NCBI GenBank assembly: GCA_044229145.1
Contig: JBGATO010000035.1
Span: forward strand, 1 to 37,157
Length of the DNA: 37,157 bases
Reading direction: 5' to 3'
Source: Candidatus Eiseniibacteriota bacterium
Lineage (GTDB): Bacteria; Eisenbacteria; RBG-16-71-46; CAZEPH01
Shown here: piece after piece, positions 27,876 through 37,157 of the stretch
How the letters are laid out: every line of letters starts with the position of its first letter
Position numbering within the stretch: position 1 is the stretch's first letter
Translations under genes and position numbers: made by a program
The notes under the pieces: model-generated
What the model was told of the DNA's origin: nothing
Database searches by the model: none
The model's input: the letters and a program-made list of their open reading frames with translations, nothing else

Positions 27876-30303
27876 ATGCGCGCATCCCTGAACTGGATCC
27901 GAGACATGGTGGGCGGCGACGCGCCGCTCCTGCACGACGCCACGGCGTTGGCCGACGCGATGGTCATGCTCGGCCTCGAAGTCGGGTCGATCGACAGCCC
28001 CGGCGAGCCGCTGCGCGACATCGTCGTCGCGCACGTCACCGACGTGCAGCCGCATCCCAACGCCGACCGCTTGCGCGTCTGCCAGGTGGACGACGGCAGC
28101 GGCACGCCGCGGCAGGTCGTGTGCGGCGCGCCGAACGTCGAGGCCGGCCACAGCTATCCGCTGATTCGCCCCGGCGGCCGCCTGCCGGGCGGCGACGTCA
28201 TCGGCGAGGCCAAGCTGCGCGGCGTGCTGTCGCAGGGCATGTTGATGTCGGCGCGCGAGTGCGGCTTCGGCGACGAGCACAAGGGCCTCATGGAGATCGT
28301 CGATCCGCCGGCCGCGGGCACGCCTCTCGCCGACGCACTCGGTCTCCACGACACCGTGTTCGAGTTCGAACTGACGATGAACCGGCCGGATTGCATGAGC
28401 ATCCTCGGCCTGGCGCGCGAAGCCGCGGCCGCCGCGAAGGTGCCGGCGCCGGTGCCGCCGGCGGGCGCCTCGTTGCCGGCGGGCGAGGGCGCGTGGCCGG
28501 TCGAGATCGAGAACGCCGACGACTGCCCGCGCTACACTGCGCTCTTGGTGCGTGGTGTACAGGACGGGCCGTCGCCTGCGTGGATGCGGCAGCGCCTCGA
28601 GGCGCTCGGCCAGCGCTCGCTCGGTCTGCTCGTCGACATCACCAACTACGTGCTGCTCGAGCTCGGGCACCCGACGCACGCGTTCGACGCGACGACGCTG
28701 CAGGGCGGCAAGATCGTCGTGCGGCGCGCGAAGGCGGGGGAGAGGCTGACCACGCTCGACGGCGTGGAGCGCGCGCTGTCGCCGCGCGACCTGGTGATCG
28801 CGGACGCCGCGCGTCCCGTGGCGCTCGCCGGCGCGATGGGCGGTGCCGACACCGAGGTGAAGCCGGCCACTCGCGACATCCTGATCGAGAGCGCGGTGTT
28901 CGCGCCGCTCGTGGTGCGGCAGACCGCGAAGGCGCACAAGCTATCCACCGAGGCGTCGAAACGCTTCGAACGCGGCATCGACCCCGATGGCGCGCGTCGC
29001 GCCTCGGCACGCGTCGCACAGCTGTTGTGCGAACTCGCCGGCGGGACCATCGACGGCGCGCCGACCGATACGAATCCCGTCGTCACGCCGCGCCGCGTGG
29101 CGGCCAGCGTCACGCGCATCAACGCGCGGCTCGGCCTCACGCTGGCGCGCGCCGAGATGATCGCCGCGCTGGAGCCGTTCGGCTTTACGGTCGGAGGCGA
29201 CGGCGACGCGCTCGACGTCACCGTGCCGACGGTGCGTGTCGATGTCGCCGAAGAGGCCGACATTGCCGAGGAAATCGGACGCGGCGTCGGCTACGATCGC
29301 ATCCCGACCACCAACGCGAACGTGAGCGGCGTCACCGCGCGCATTCCCGCCGACATTGCGGCGCGCCGCGCGCTGCGCGACGCGCTCGTCGGCTGCGGCC
29401 TCGTCGAATGCGTGTCGAACGCGCTGGCGTCGCCGGAGGACGCGGCGCGTGTCGCCAGCCTGCCGGTGGGGCAGGAGGGCGCGGCGGAACCAGTGCTGCT
29501 CGGCAACGCGCTCGGCCGCGAGTCGTCGGCGCTGCGCACCAGCTTGATTCCCGGCTTGGTGCGCGCCGTCGATCGCAACCGCCGGCTCGGCGTCGGCGAC
29601 GTGCGGCTGTTCGAGATCGGCAAGGTGTTCCGTCTCGACGCCGCGCGCGAACTTGGCGTGGAGGAGCGCATCGAAGCGGCCGCCGTGCTCGCCGGTCACG
29701 CGGCGCCCGGATTCCCCGGCGACGCGCCGCGCGACGTCGCGCTCGCCGACATCGCCGGCGTGTGCGAAACCCTCTGCGCCCGTCTCGGCGTTGACGCTCC
29801 CCAAGTCGTGCTACGATGCCGCCGGTTTCGAATCGGGTCACGCGCGCGCGTGCGCCTCGGCGAGACGATCGTCGGCGAGGCATGGCGCGCTCGATCCGCG
29901 GACCGCGAAGGCGCTCGGATGCGAGGCGCGGGTGTTCGTCCTACGTCTCGATGTCGCGGCGCTGACCGCGCGACGTCCCGCGGTGCGTGTGTTCCGCGAG
30001 CCGTCCCGCTATCCCGCGGTCAAGCGCGACCTCGCGCTGGTGGTGCCGCACGCGGTGCCGGCCTCGACGGTCGACGCCGCCATCCGGCGGGCCGCGGGCG
30101 CGCGGTTGACCCAACTCGAACTCTTCGACATCTACGAGGGCCCGCAGGTCCCGGCGGGCACGCGCAGCCTGGCCTACGCACTCACGTTCCAGTCGCACGA
30201 GTCGACCCTGGCCGACGCCGCCGTCGAGACCGACGTGCAGGCAGTCGTGCAGGCACTCTCGCGCGAGCACGGCATCGTGGTGCGCGACGGCGCCACCCGC
30301 TGA
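27876..30303 (+). CDS. pheT: Phenylalanine--tRNA ligase beta subunit (apparent frameshifts at ~29800-29890)
   Basis: HPNADRL, VCGAPNV, LRGVLSQGM, NRPDCMS, VDITNYV, RFERG, LRTSL, LFEIG. The anticodon-binding FDX domain (SRYPAVKRDLA...LFDIYEG...SLAY) is in another frame ending at 30303. Confidence 0.92.
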
Positions 30304-30352
30304 CCCCGCACGACCCTCGCATCCCGATCCATCGTCCGCAAAAGGAGACGCG

Positions 30353-30640
30353 GTGACGACAGCCGTCAGCTCGAATGCCCAGGATGTGGCAGCCCAGACC
30401 ACCAGCCTCGACTCTCTCGAACAGCGCATCACCCAGGCGGTCACCGCGATCACCGAGCTGCGGCGCGAACGCGACGGCCTGCGCGCCGAACTCACCGCGG
30501 CGAAGTCGCAGATCGACGAGCTGAAGAACGAAGCCGCCGAGTTGCAACTCGAGCGCGACGAGTTGATCGAGGAACGCGCCAGCGTGGCGCAGCGCCTGGA
30601 CGACCTGGTCGGTCGTCTCGACGCACTCGAGACCCTCTAG
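30353..30640 (+). CDS. zapB: ZapB-like coiled-coil cell-division protein
   Basis: LDSLEQRITQAVTAITELRRE heptads; RBS AAGGAG; pheT-X-zapA position. Confidence 0.7.
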   Translation: MTTAVSSNAQDVAAQTTSLDSLEQRITQAVTAITELRRERDGLRAELTAAKSQIDELKNEAAELQLERDELIEERASVAQRLDDLVGRLDALETL

Positions 30641-30656
30641 GCAAAGGAGCGCGGCG

Positions 30657-31058
30657 ATGTCGGAGGCCCCGCGGAACTCGGCAACTGTCACGATCGCCGG
30701 CACCGAGTACCGCGTCAGCGCCGACGCCGACCCCGCCTACATCGAACGCGTCGCCGCCTACGTGGACAGCACGATGGCGGCGATTCGCGAGCGGGCACCG
30801 TTCTCCTCCTCGACCCGGCTCGCCATCCTGACGGCCCTGCAAATCGCCGACGAGATGATGCGCGAGCGCGCGCAGCGCGAATCGGTGATGACGCGCGTCG
30901 AGGAAAAGGCCGAATCGTTGCGGATTCTGCTGGAAGCAACGGATGCCGACCGTCAGAATCAGAACGTGACCCCGGCGAATGCCGCCGCGCCGCGCGCCGC
31001 GCAGCCGGCCGGCAGCGCGCCGCAGGTGGTGCCGCCGCGCCAGGGGACACGACGGTGA
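30657..31058 (+). CDS. zapA: Cell division protein ZapA
   Basis: VTIAGTEYRV...YIERVAAYVDSTM...RLAILTALQIADE; RBS AAGGAG. Confidence 0.9.
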   Translation: MSEAPRNSATVTIAGTEYRVSADADPAYIERVAAYVDSTMAAIRERAPFSSSTRLAILTALQIADEMMRERAQRESVMTRVEEKAESLRILLEATDADRQNQNVTPANAAAPRAAQPAGSAPQVVPPRQGTRR

Positions 31059-31109
31059 GGACGTCACCCGTCCACGAGATGCACGCCGCGCTCCACAGCG
31101 CGCGTGGAG

Positions 31110-31326
31110 TTCGGGCTGCGGAAGGTCCCTGCCGTGTTCGTGATGTCGACCGGTTTTTTGAGCCAATACTCAAGAAACGGATGCCAAGGCCGTCGCACTG
31201 TCTGGGATCCGCCGTCCTTGGAGGACCTGCGGGGGCTGTCAGTCGTCGGGGAGGTATCCACCTGGCCAAGCCAGGTTCAAAAACCCTCGTCACACGGCAC
31301 ATGGCGGGGATTCTTCGCAGCCCGAA
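31110..31326 (+). ncRNA. ssrS: 6S RNA
   Basis: Directly downstream of zapA (canonical position). Long closing stem TTCGGGCTGCG...TCCCTGCCGTGT / ACATGGCGGGGA...CGCAGCCCGAA; TTTTGAGCC/GGTTCAAAA flanks a central bubble with CCAATA and CCACCT. Confidence 0.88.
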
Positions 31327-31338
31327 GGATTCCCTTCG

Positions 31339-32298
31339 ATGACCGCGGCGTGGCCCGCTGAGCCCACCGCCGCGCAGACCGCGCGAGTCTTGCGCGGTGC
31401 TCCCGCCGCGCAGGCGGTGCAGGCCGCCGTCGCGGCGCGCGCTGCCGACCTGCGCGCCGCGGGTCTCACGCCGACGCTTGCGATCATCACCGTGGGCGAT
31501 GATCCCGCATCCGCCGTCTACGTTCGCAAGAAGGGCGAGGCGTGCGAGTCAGCCGGCCTCGATCATCGCCGCGTCATCCTTCCCGCCACCGCCACGGCCG
31601 CCGATGTGCGCGCGGCCATCCGCACTACCTGCGACGACCCCGGCGTGCATGGCGTCATCTTGCAGCTGCCGCTGCCGCGTGGACTCGACGGCAACGCCTT
31701 CCTCGCCGACATCGATCCCGCCAAGGATGTCGATGGGCTGAGCCCTGCATCGCTGGGCGCGCTCGCCGCCGAGCGCCCGCTCTTCGTCGCCGCCACGCCG
31801 CTTGGCGTGTGCGTATTGCTGCGTCACCACGGCATCGCGGTGAGCGGCGCGCACGTCGCGGTGGTGGGGCGAAGCGTGTTGGTGGGACGGACGCTCGCAC
31901 AATTGCTGTCGCTGCGGCGGCCGCACCTGAATGCGACCGTCACGCTCTGCCACTCGGGCACCCGCGACCTCGCCGCGGTGACGCGTGCCGCCGACATCGT
32001 GGTGAGCGCCACCGGGGTGCCGGGCACCATCGGCGCCGCGCACGTGCGGCCCGGGGCGACGGTGATCGACGTCGGCACCACGCGCATCGACGACCCCGCG
32101 CGCCCCGGCGCATCGCGTCTGGTCGGCGACGTGAGCGCGGACGAGGTAGCTGCGGTCGCCGGTGCGTTGTCGCCGGTGCCGGGCGGTGTCGGGCCAATGA
32201 CAGTCGCGTGTTTGCTCGCCAACACCGTGCATGCCGCCGATCCGGCGCGCGGCGCGATCGCGCCGATCGCCGAGTTGCTCGGCTCCGGCGGCCGGTGA
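31339..32298 (+). CDS. folD: Bifunctional methylene-THF dehydrogenase/cyclohydrolase FolD
   Basis: VGDDPASAVYVRKK, GVILQLPLP, KDVDG, VVGRS, VIDVG, PVPGGVGPMT. Confidence 0.95.
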   Translation: MTAAWPAEPTAAQTARVLRGAPAAQAVQAAVAARAADLRAAGLTPTLAIITVGDDPASAVYVRKKGEACESAGLDHRRVILPATATAADVRAAIRTTCDDPGVHGVILQLPLPRGLDGNAFLADIDPAKDVDGLSPASLGALAAERPLFVAATPLGVCVLLRHHGIAVSGAHVAVVGRSVLVGRTLAQLLSLRRPHLNATVTLCHSGTRDLAAVTRAADIVVSATGVPGTIGAAHVRPGATVIDVGTTRIDDPARPGASRLVGDVSADEVAAVAGALSPVPGGVGPMTVACLLANTVHAADPARGAIAPIAELLGSGGR

Positions 32299-33824
32299 CC
32301 GGCTCGGGCGGTTCCGGGCGCCGCGGCCCGCGTGCCGCGCGCCCAGTCACGCCGCCCTCGCTGTTCGAGACGACGGAGACCACGGCTCCACGGCGCACCG
32401 CGAGCGTGCGCCGGCGCGCCGCGCTCACGCCGCGTCCTCTCGCGGAGTCCACCCCCGCCCCCGCGTTCAGCGAGGCGGGCCCTCCCGCGGTCACTGTCAG
32501 CGAGTTCACGCGCGCCCTCAAGTCGCTCCTCGCCGATGCCTTCCCGTACGTGCGGGTGACGGGCGAAGTCAGCGGTCTCCATCGTGCGCCGAGCGGCCAT
32601 GTCTACTTCACCCTCAAGGACAGCGCGGCCGAACTGCGCTGCGTGATGTGGCGGCCGCAAGCCGCACGCGCCGGCGCGGTACTCGCCGATGGGCTGTCGT
32701 GCGAGGTGCGCGGCGCGGTCACGGTGTACGAACCGCGCGGCACCTATCAGCTCACGGTCGAAGAGGTCGTGCCGCTCGGGCTCGGCGCACTGATGGCGGC
32801 GCTCGACGCGCTGAAAGCACGATTGCTGGACGAAGGACTGTTCGCCGCCGAACGCAAGCGACCGATCCCGCGGTATCCGCGTCACGTCGGCTTGGTGACC
32901 TCGCCGACCGGCGCCGCGGTGTACGACATGATCCGCGTGCTGCATCAGCGCATGCCGTCGCTCGGCATCACCGTGGTCCCGACGCTCGTGCAGGGCGCCG
33001 GTGCGTCTCAGCAGATCGCCGATGCGATCGACCGCGCGAACGCGATGGGCGGTTTCGACGTGCTCATCGTCGGCCGGGGCGGGGGGGCGATCGAAGACCT
33101 GTGGGCGTTCAACGAAGAACCCGTCGCGCGCGCCGTGGTGCGGTCGGCGATCCCGGTGGTGAGCGCCGTCGGGCACGAGCGCGACGTCACGCTCATCGAT
33201 TACATCGCCGACGTGCGGGCGCCGACGCCGACCGGTGCCGCGCAGCTCGTGGTGCGCGACCGGGACGACGTCCGCACCGAGGTGGACCACCTGTTGCGCC
33301 GCGCCGCGCGCGCCATCTTGACGCGAGTGCGCCACGAACGGCAGCGTCTGGCGCGGATGACGGAACGCTACGGCTTCCGCCAACCGCGCGATCTGCTGCG
33401 CCAGCGCGCGCAGCGCATCGACGAGCTCGCGCTACGTCTGCGCCGGGCGGGCCGGGCGGCCCTCGAGCGCCAGCGCACGCGGCACACGCAGCTCGCCGTG
33501 CGCGTGGCCACCGCCGGCCCGCGCGCCGCGCGGGTGCCGCAGCGGGCGCAGGCCATCGCCTTTGCGCGGACCTCGCTGGCGCGGGCGTTGCGCGCGCAGC
33601 TGGCGGCGCGGCGTGCTCGGCTACAGGCGGCGCGCGGCGCGCTCGAGGCGCTGGCCCCCACGCGCGTGCTTGCACGCGGCTACGCGATCGTCGAGCATGG
33701 CGACGCCGTCCTGACCCGCGCCGCCGACGCGCGCGCCGGTCTGGCGCTCCGCCTGCGCTTCCACGACGGCCACGTGCCGGCCACCGCCGGCACCCCGGAA
33801 CTCGACCCGCCGGGCGACGCCTGA
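32295..33824 (+). CDS. xseA: Exodeoxyribonuclease VII large subunit
   Basis: GEVS...SGHVYFTLKD, VTSPTGAA, GRGGGAIEDLWAFN, SAVGHERD, APTPTGAA, LARGYA; start uncertain (GTG overlapping the folD stop). Confidence 0.93.
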   Translation: MTGSGGSGRRGPRAARPVTPPSLFETTETTAPRRTASVRRRAALTPRPLAESTPAPAFSEAGPPAVTVSEFTRALKSLLADAFPYVRVTGEVSGLHRAPSGHVYFTLKDSAAELRCVMWRPQAARAGAVLADGLSCEVRGAVTVYEPRGTYQLTVEEVVPLGLGALMAALDALKARLLDEGLFAAERKRPIPRYPRHVGLVTSPTGAAVYDMIRVLHQRMPSLGITVVPTLVQGAGASQQIADAIDRANAMGGFDVLIVGRGGGAIEDLWAFNEEPVARAVVRSAIPVVSAVGHERDVTLIDYIADVRAPTPTGAAQLVVRDRDDVRTEVDHLLRRAARAILTRVRHERQRLARMTERYGFRQPRDLLRQRAQRIDELALRLRRAGRAALERQRTRHTQLAVRVATAGPRAARVPQRAQAIAFARTSLARALRAQLAARRARLQAARGALEALAPTRVLARGYAIVEHGDAVLTRAADARAGLALRLRFHDGHVPATAGTPELDPPGDA

Positions 33825-33857
33825 GGCGCCGTCCACCCCTTGGAGGAGGCGAGACAC

Positions 33858-34172
33858 ATGCCTGAGCCCCGCACGCCCGCGGCCGGTGAGCCGACCTTCG
33901 AAGCCGGCATGACGCGGCTCGATGCCATCGTGCAGGAACTCGAGCACGGTACGCTCGGCCTGCAGCAGTCGCTGGTCGTGTTCCGCGAGGGCTTGCTGCT
34001 GGTCGCGCGGCTGGGCGAGGAACTCGACACGGCCTCGGCTCTGGTGGAGGAGCTGGTGGAAGCCGCCGACGGCGCGCTGCGCACCCGCCCCTTCAGCGGC
34101 GACGGTGGACATGGCGCGACCGCGCGTGGGGGACGGGTGGAGGATGTCGATGAGGCCGGCGATGACGAGTAA
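33858..34172 (+). CDS. xseB: Exodeoxyribonuclease VII small subunit
   Basis: FEAGMTRLDAIVQELEHG-L-LQQSL--FREG; RBS GGAGGAGG. Confidence 0.88.
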   Translation: MPEPRTPAAGEPTFEAGMTRLDAIVQELEHGTLGLQQSLVVFREGLLLVARLGEELDTASALVEELVEAADGALRTRPFSGDGGHGATARGGRVEDVDEAGDDE

Positions 34173-35115
34173 GCTCCGCACGATGCCGCTGGCGCTGCCG
34201 GCGGTGCAGCGCGATGTCGACAAGCGTCTCGCCCGGCTGCTGCCCCGCGCCGGGGCGTCGCCGCAACCGTTGTCCGATGCCATGCGCTACGCGGTGCTCG
34301 GCGGCGGCAAACGCGTGCGGCCCTACTTAGTGTGCGCCGCCGCGCTGCACGGATCGCCCGACCGTCGCGACGTCCTCGATGCCGCCGCGGCCGTGGAGAT
34401 GGTGCACGCCTTCTCGCTCGTGCACGACGACCTGCCCGCGATCGACAACGACGACACGCGGCGCGGCCGCCCGACGCTCCATGTCGCCTACGGCGAAGGG
34501 GTGGCGATCCTCGCCGGCGATGCCTTGCTGGCGCGCGCGTTCGAGGTGATGGGCGCGCTGGCGTCGCGTCCGTCGGTCGGCCCCAAGCGCGCCGCGGCCG
34601 CCGTCCAGGAGTTGGCGAGCGCCGTCGGGTTCGCCGGACTGGTCGGGGGCGAAACGGCGGATGTCCTCGCCGCCGGCCACGACATCACCGCCGCGGCGCT
34701 GCGCAGCATCCACGCGCGCAAGACCGCACGGTTGTTCGAAGCGTCCGCGCGGCTCGGCGGCCTGGTGGCCGGCGCGCGCGCGGCCGAGCTGACCGCGCTC
34801 GCGGCATACGGCTCCGCACTCGGTCACGCGTTCCAGATCGCCGACGACGTGCGCGACGAAGGGGAAGCGCCGCCCGCGCCGGAGATGCCGCGTCCCACCG
34901 GCGCGGCCCGCGCGGTGGCCGCGCTCGTCGGGACCCTGCACTTGCAGGCCGACAAGCCGGTGCCGCCGTCGCTGCCGCGCATCGTCGGGCTGGTGAAGGC
35001 GCGCGTCGCGGGACGCCGGGCGCTGTCCCAGGCCCGCGCCGCCGCCGAGCGTCTGCCGCGCGCGCGCGCGTCACTGCTCCACCTTGCAGATTTGGTCGAG
35101 GAACGCCTCGGGTGA
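34162..35115 (+). CDS. ispA: Polyprenyl (geranyl/farnesyl) diphosphate synthase IspA
   Basis: MRYAVLGGGKRVRP, SLVHDDLPAIDNDDTRRGRPT, AILAGDALL, KT, FQIADDVRD; start uncertain (34111-34182). Confidence 0.88.
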   Translation: MTSKLRTMPLALPAVQRDVDKRLARLLPRAGASPQPLSDAMRYAVLGGGKRVRPYLVCAAALHGSPDRRDVLDAAAAVEMVHAFSLVHDDLPAIDNDDTRRGRPTLHVAYGEGVAILAGDALLARAFEVMGALASRPSVGPKRAAAAVQELASAVGFAGLVGGETADVLAAGHDITAAALRSIHARKTARLFEASARLGGLVAGARAAELTALAAYGSALGHAFQIADDVRDEGEAPPAPEMPRPTGAARAVAALVGTLHLQADKPVPPSLPRIVGLVKARVAGRRALSQARAAAERLPRARASLLHLADLVEERLG

Positions 35116-35558
35116 GCCTTGCGGAGGCCATGCGCACCTACCCGGTGCTGATCGCCCTGACGGCGGCCGGGAGCGTGCAACTCGTGAAGGGAACGGTCTG
35201 GTGGATGCGGCACGGCCGGCCGGACCTCCGCCGTTTCGTGCGGACCGGCGGCATGCCGAGCGCCCACTCGGCGAGCGTCGCCGCCCTCACCACGGCGGTC
35301 GCGCTGCGGCACGGCTTCCGCTCGATGCTGTTCTCGGTCACGCTATACTTCTCTCTGATCGTCATGTACGATGCCACCGGCTTGCGGCGAGCTGCCGGAC
35401 AACAAGCTGCCATCTTGAACCGTCTCATGGAACAACAGGCGCCGCGCCGCGATGTCATCGAGCAGCGCCTGTGGGAACTCCTGGGACATACCCCGTTCGA
35501 AGTCCTCGTGGGAGCCATGCTCGGCGTTGCCTATGCGCTTGCGTGGTACAAGCTCTGA
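35112..35558 (+). CDS. Divergent PAP2 family (DUF212) membrane protein
   Basis: TGGMPSAHSA, IVMYDATGLRRAAG-QA-ILN, ELLGHTPFEV; usual ispA-DUF212-dxs context. Confidence 0.88.
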   Translation: MSLAEAMRTYPVLIALTAAGSVQLVKGTVWWMRHGRPDLRRFVRTGGMPSAHSASVAALTTAVALRHGFRSMLFSVTLYFSLIVMYDATGLRRAAGQQAAILNRLMEQQAPRRDVIEQRLWELLGHTPFEVLVGAMLGVAYALAWYKL

Positions 35559-35622
35559 TAGCCGGTCGGTGCCGGCCATGGCCGGCGGACCGGCTACTTC
35601 CGTCTCCGGGGAGTTGTCGCCG

Positions 35623-37157
35623 GTGAGCGACGCCCTTCTGCCTCGCATCGACGGACCGGCCGACCTCAAGTCGCTGTCGCTCGACGACCTCGCGCGCCTC
35701 GCCGGAGAGATCCGCGAGCGCCTGATCGATGTCGTGTCGGCCAACGGCGGTCACCTCGCGCCCGGGCTCGGCACCGTCGAACTCACGCTCGCGCTGCACG
35801 CCACGTTCGACTCGCCGCGCGACAAGATCGTGTGGGACGTCGGGCATCAGACCTATCCGCACAAGCTGGTCACCGGTCGACGCGACCGCTTCCACACGCT
35901 GCGCACCTACAAGGGTGTGAGCGGCTTCCCGCGTCGCAGCGAATCCGAGCACGACCACTTCGGCACCGCGCACGCCTCGACCTCGATCAGCGCCGCGCTC
36001 GGCATGGCGGCGGCGCGCGATCTCGCGGGAGAGGACCACAAGGTCGTCGCGGTAATCGGCGACGGCGGTCTCACCGGCGGACTCGCGTTCGAGGGCCTCA
36101 ATCAAGCCGGCTTCCTCAAGAAGGACATGCTGGTGGTGGTGAACGACAACACCATGTCGATCGCCCCAAACGTCGGCGCGCTGTCGCGCTACCTGACGCA
36201 CGTCACCAGCGGCGCGGTCTATCGCGCCATCGAAGCCGACATCTGGGAAACCCTCGGCCACATCCCGCGCTTCGGCGACCGCATGCGCGCCATCGCCCGC
36301 CGCATGAAGGAAGGCGCCAAGAAGGCGATGCTGCCGGATCCATACTTCTTCGAGGATCTCGGCTTCAGCTACTACGGCCCGATCGACGGCCACGACCTGC
36401 GCGAACTGATGACGATCCTGCCGCGCCTCAAGGCGCTGAAGGGTCCGGTGCTCTTGCACGTCACCACCGTGAAGGGCAAGGGCTACGAGTTCGCCGAGCA
36501 AGACGCGACGATGTTCCACGGCGTCGGCGCGTTCGACCGCGTGAGCGGCAAGAGCGGGCCGGCGAAGGCGGGACCGCCGTCGTGGACCGACGTGTTCGGC
36601 CGCACGCTCACCGATCTGGCGGCGCGTGACGAGCGCATCGTGGCGATTACCGCGGCGATGCCGGACGGCACCGGCCTCACGCACTTCCAGAAGGCGCACC
36701 CGCAGCGTTTCTTCGACGTCGGCATCGCCGAGTCGCATGCGGTGACGTTCGCGGCCGGCTTGGCGTGCGGCGGGCGGCGTCCGGTGGTGGCGCTCTACTC
36801 GACGTTCCTGCAGCGCGCGTTCGACCAAGTGGTGCACGATGTCGCGGTGCAGAAGCTGCCGGTGGTGCTCGCGGTGGATCGCGCCGGTTTGGTGGGCGAG
36901 GACGGCGCGACGCATCACGGCGTCTTCGACATCGCGTACTTGCGCACGGTGCCGAACGGGGTGATCGCGGCCCCACGTGACGCAGATCAGCTGCGGCATC
37001 TGCTCTCCACCGCGCCGCGGCACGATGGCGGGCCGTTCGTGGTGCGCTATCCGCGCGGCGCGGCAGTCGGTGTGGCGATGGACGGCGACTATCAGGAGAT
37101 TCCGGTCGGTGCGTGGGAGGAGTTGCGCCCGGCGCCGCGGGGCGGCGTGGCGTTGCT
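35623..37157 (+). CDS. dxs: 1-deoxy-D-xylulose-5-phosphate synthase, 3'-truncated by window edge
   Basis: Open frame missing from the ORF track: GGHLAPGLGTVEL, WDVGHQTYPHK, HASTSISA, IGDGGLTGG, NDN, GPIDGHD, DVGIAESHAV, YSTFLQRAFDQ, DGATHHG; RBS GGGGAG before GTG. Confidence 0.96.
   Translation, partial: MSDALLPRIDGPADLKSLSLDDLARLAGEIRERLIDVVSANGGHLAPGLGTVELTLALHATFDSPRDKIVWDVGHQTYPHKLVTGRRDRFHTLRTYKGVSGFPRRSESEHDHFGTAHASTSISAALGMAAARDLAGEDHKVVAVIGDGGLTGGLAFEGLNQAGFLKKDMLVVVNDNTMSIAPNVGALSRYLTHVTSGAVYRAIEADIWETLGHIPRFGDRMRAIARRMKEGAKKAMLPDPYFFEDLGFSYYGPIDGHDLRELMTILPRLKALKGPVLLHVTTVKGKGYEFAEQDATMFHGVGAFDRVSGKSGPAKAGPPSWTDVFGRTLTDLAARDERIVAITAAMPDGTGLTHFQKAHPQRFFDVGIAESHAVTFAAGLACGGRRPVVALYSTFLQRAFDQVVHDVAVQKLPVVLAVDRAGLVGEDGATHHGVFDIAYLRTVPNGVIAAPRDADQLRHLLSTAPRHDGGPFVVRYPRGAAVGVAMDGDYQEIPVGAWEELRPAPRGGVAL

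Noticed and set aside
31055..31342. 95-aa + strand ORF between zapA and folD
   Set aside because: Overlaps the 6S RNA, which explains the sequence better

Overview
High-GC bacterial chromosomal window, almost entirely + strand. In order it holds: (1) the tail of a SURF1 gene; (2) a mixed Fe-S/sulfur-relay cluster (Rrf2 regulator-sufBCDSU-sufT-ferredoxin-iscS-iscA-moeB/rhodanese-nadA); (3) two tandem GT-C(PMT/ArnT-like)+TPR membrane proteins; (4) an accessory regulatory module; (5) aroF, an opposite-strand membrane-protein gene, tRNA-Val(GAC) and thrS; (6) an indel-riddled second copy of the aroF-end/tRNA/thrS segment that lacks the membrane gene, probably a long-read assembly artefact carrying a second haplotype; (7) housekeeping genes infC(AUC start)-rpmI-rplT-pheS-pheT-zapB-zapA-6S RNA-folD-xseA-xseB-ispA-DUF212-dxs(partial). 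The best candidate for an undescribed system is module 4 (15380-18893). A small secreted low-complexity protein gene precedes a TPR-sensor sigma54 enhancer-binding protein. That gene is followed by a palindromic UAS-like pair, a terminator, a near-consensus -24/-12 promoter and a ~170-nt structured non-coding RNA with its own terminator. I infer a peptide-sensing (RRNPP-like) sigma54 circuit with an sRNA output. All calls come from motif recognition by eye; no searches were run.
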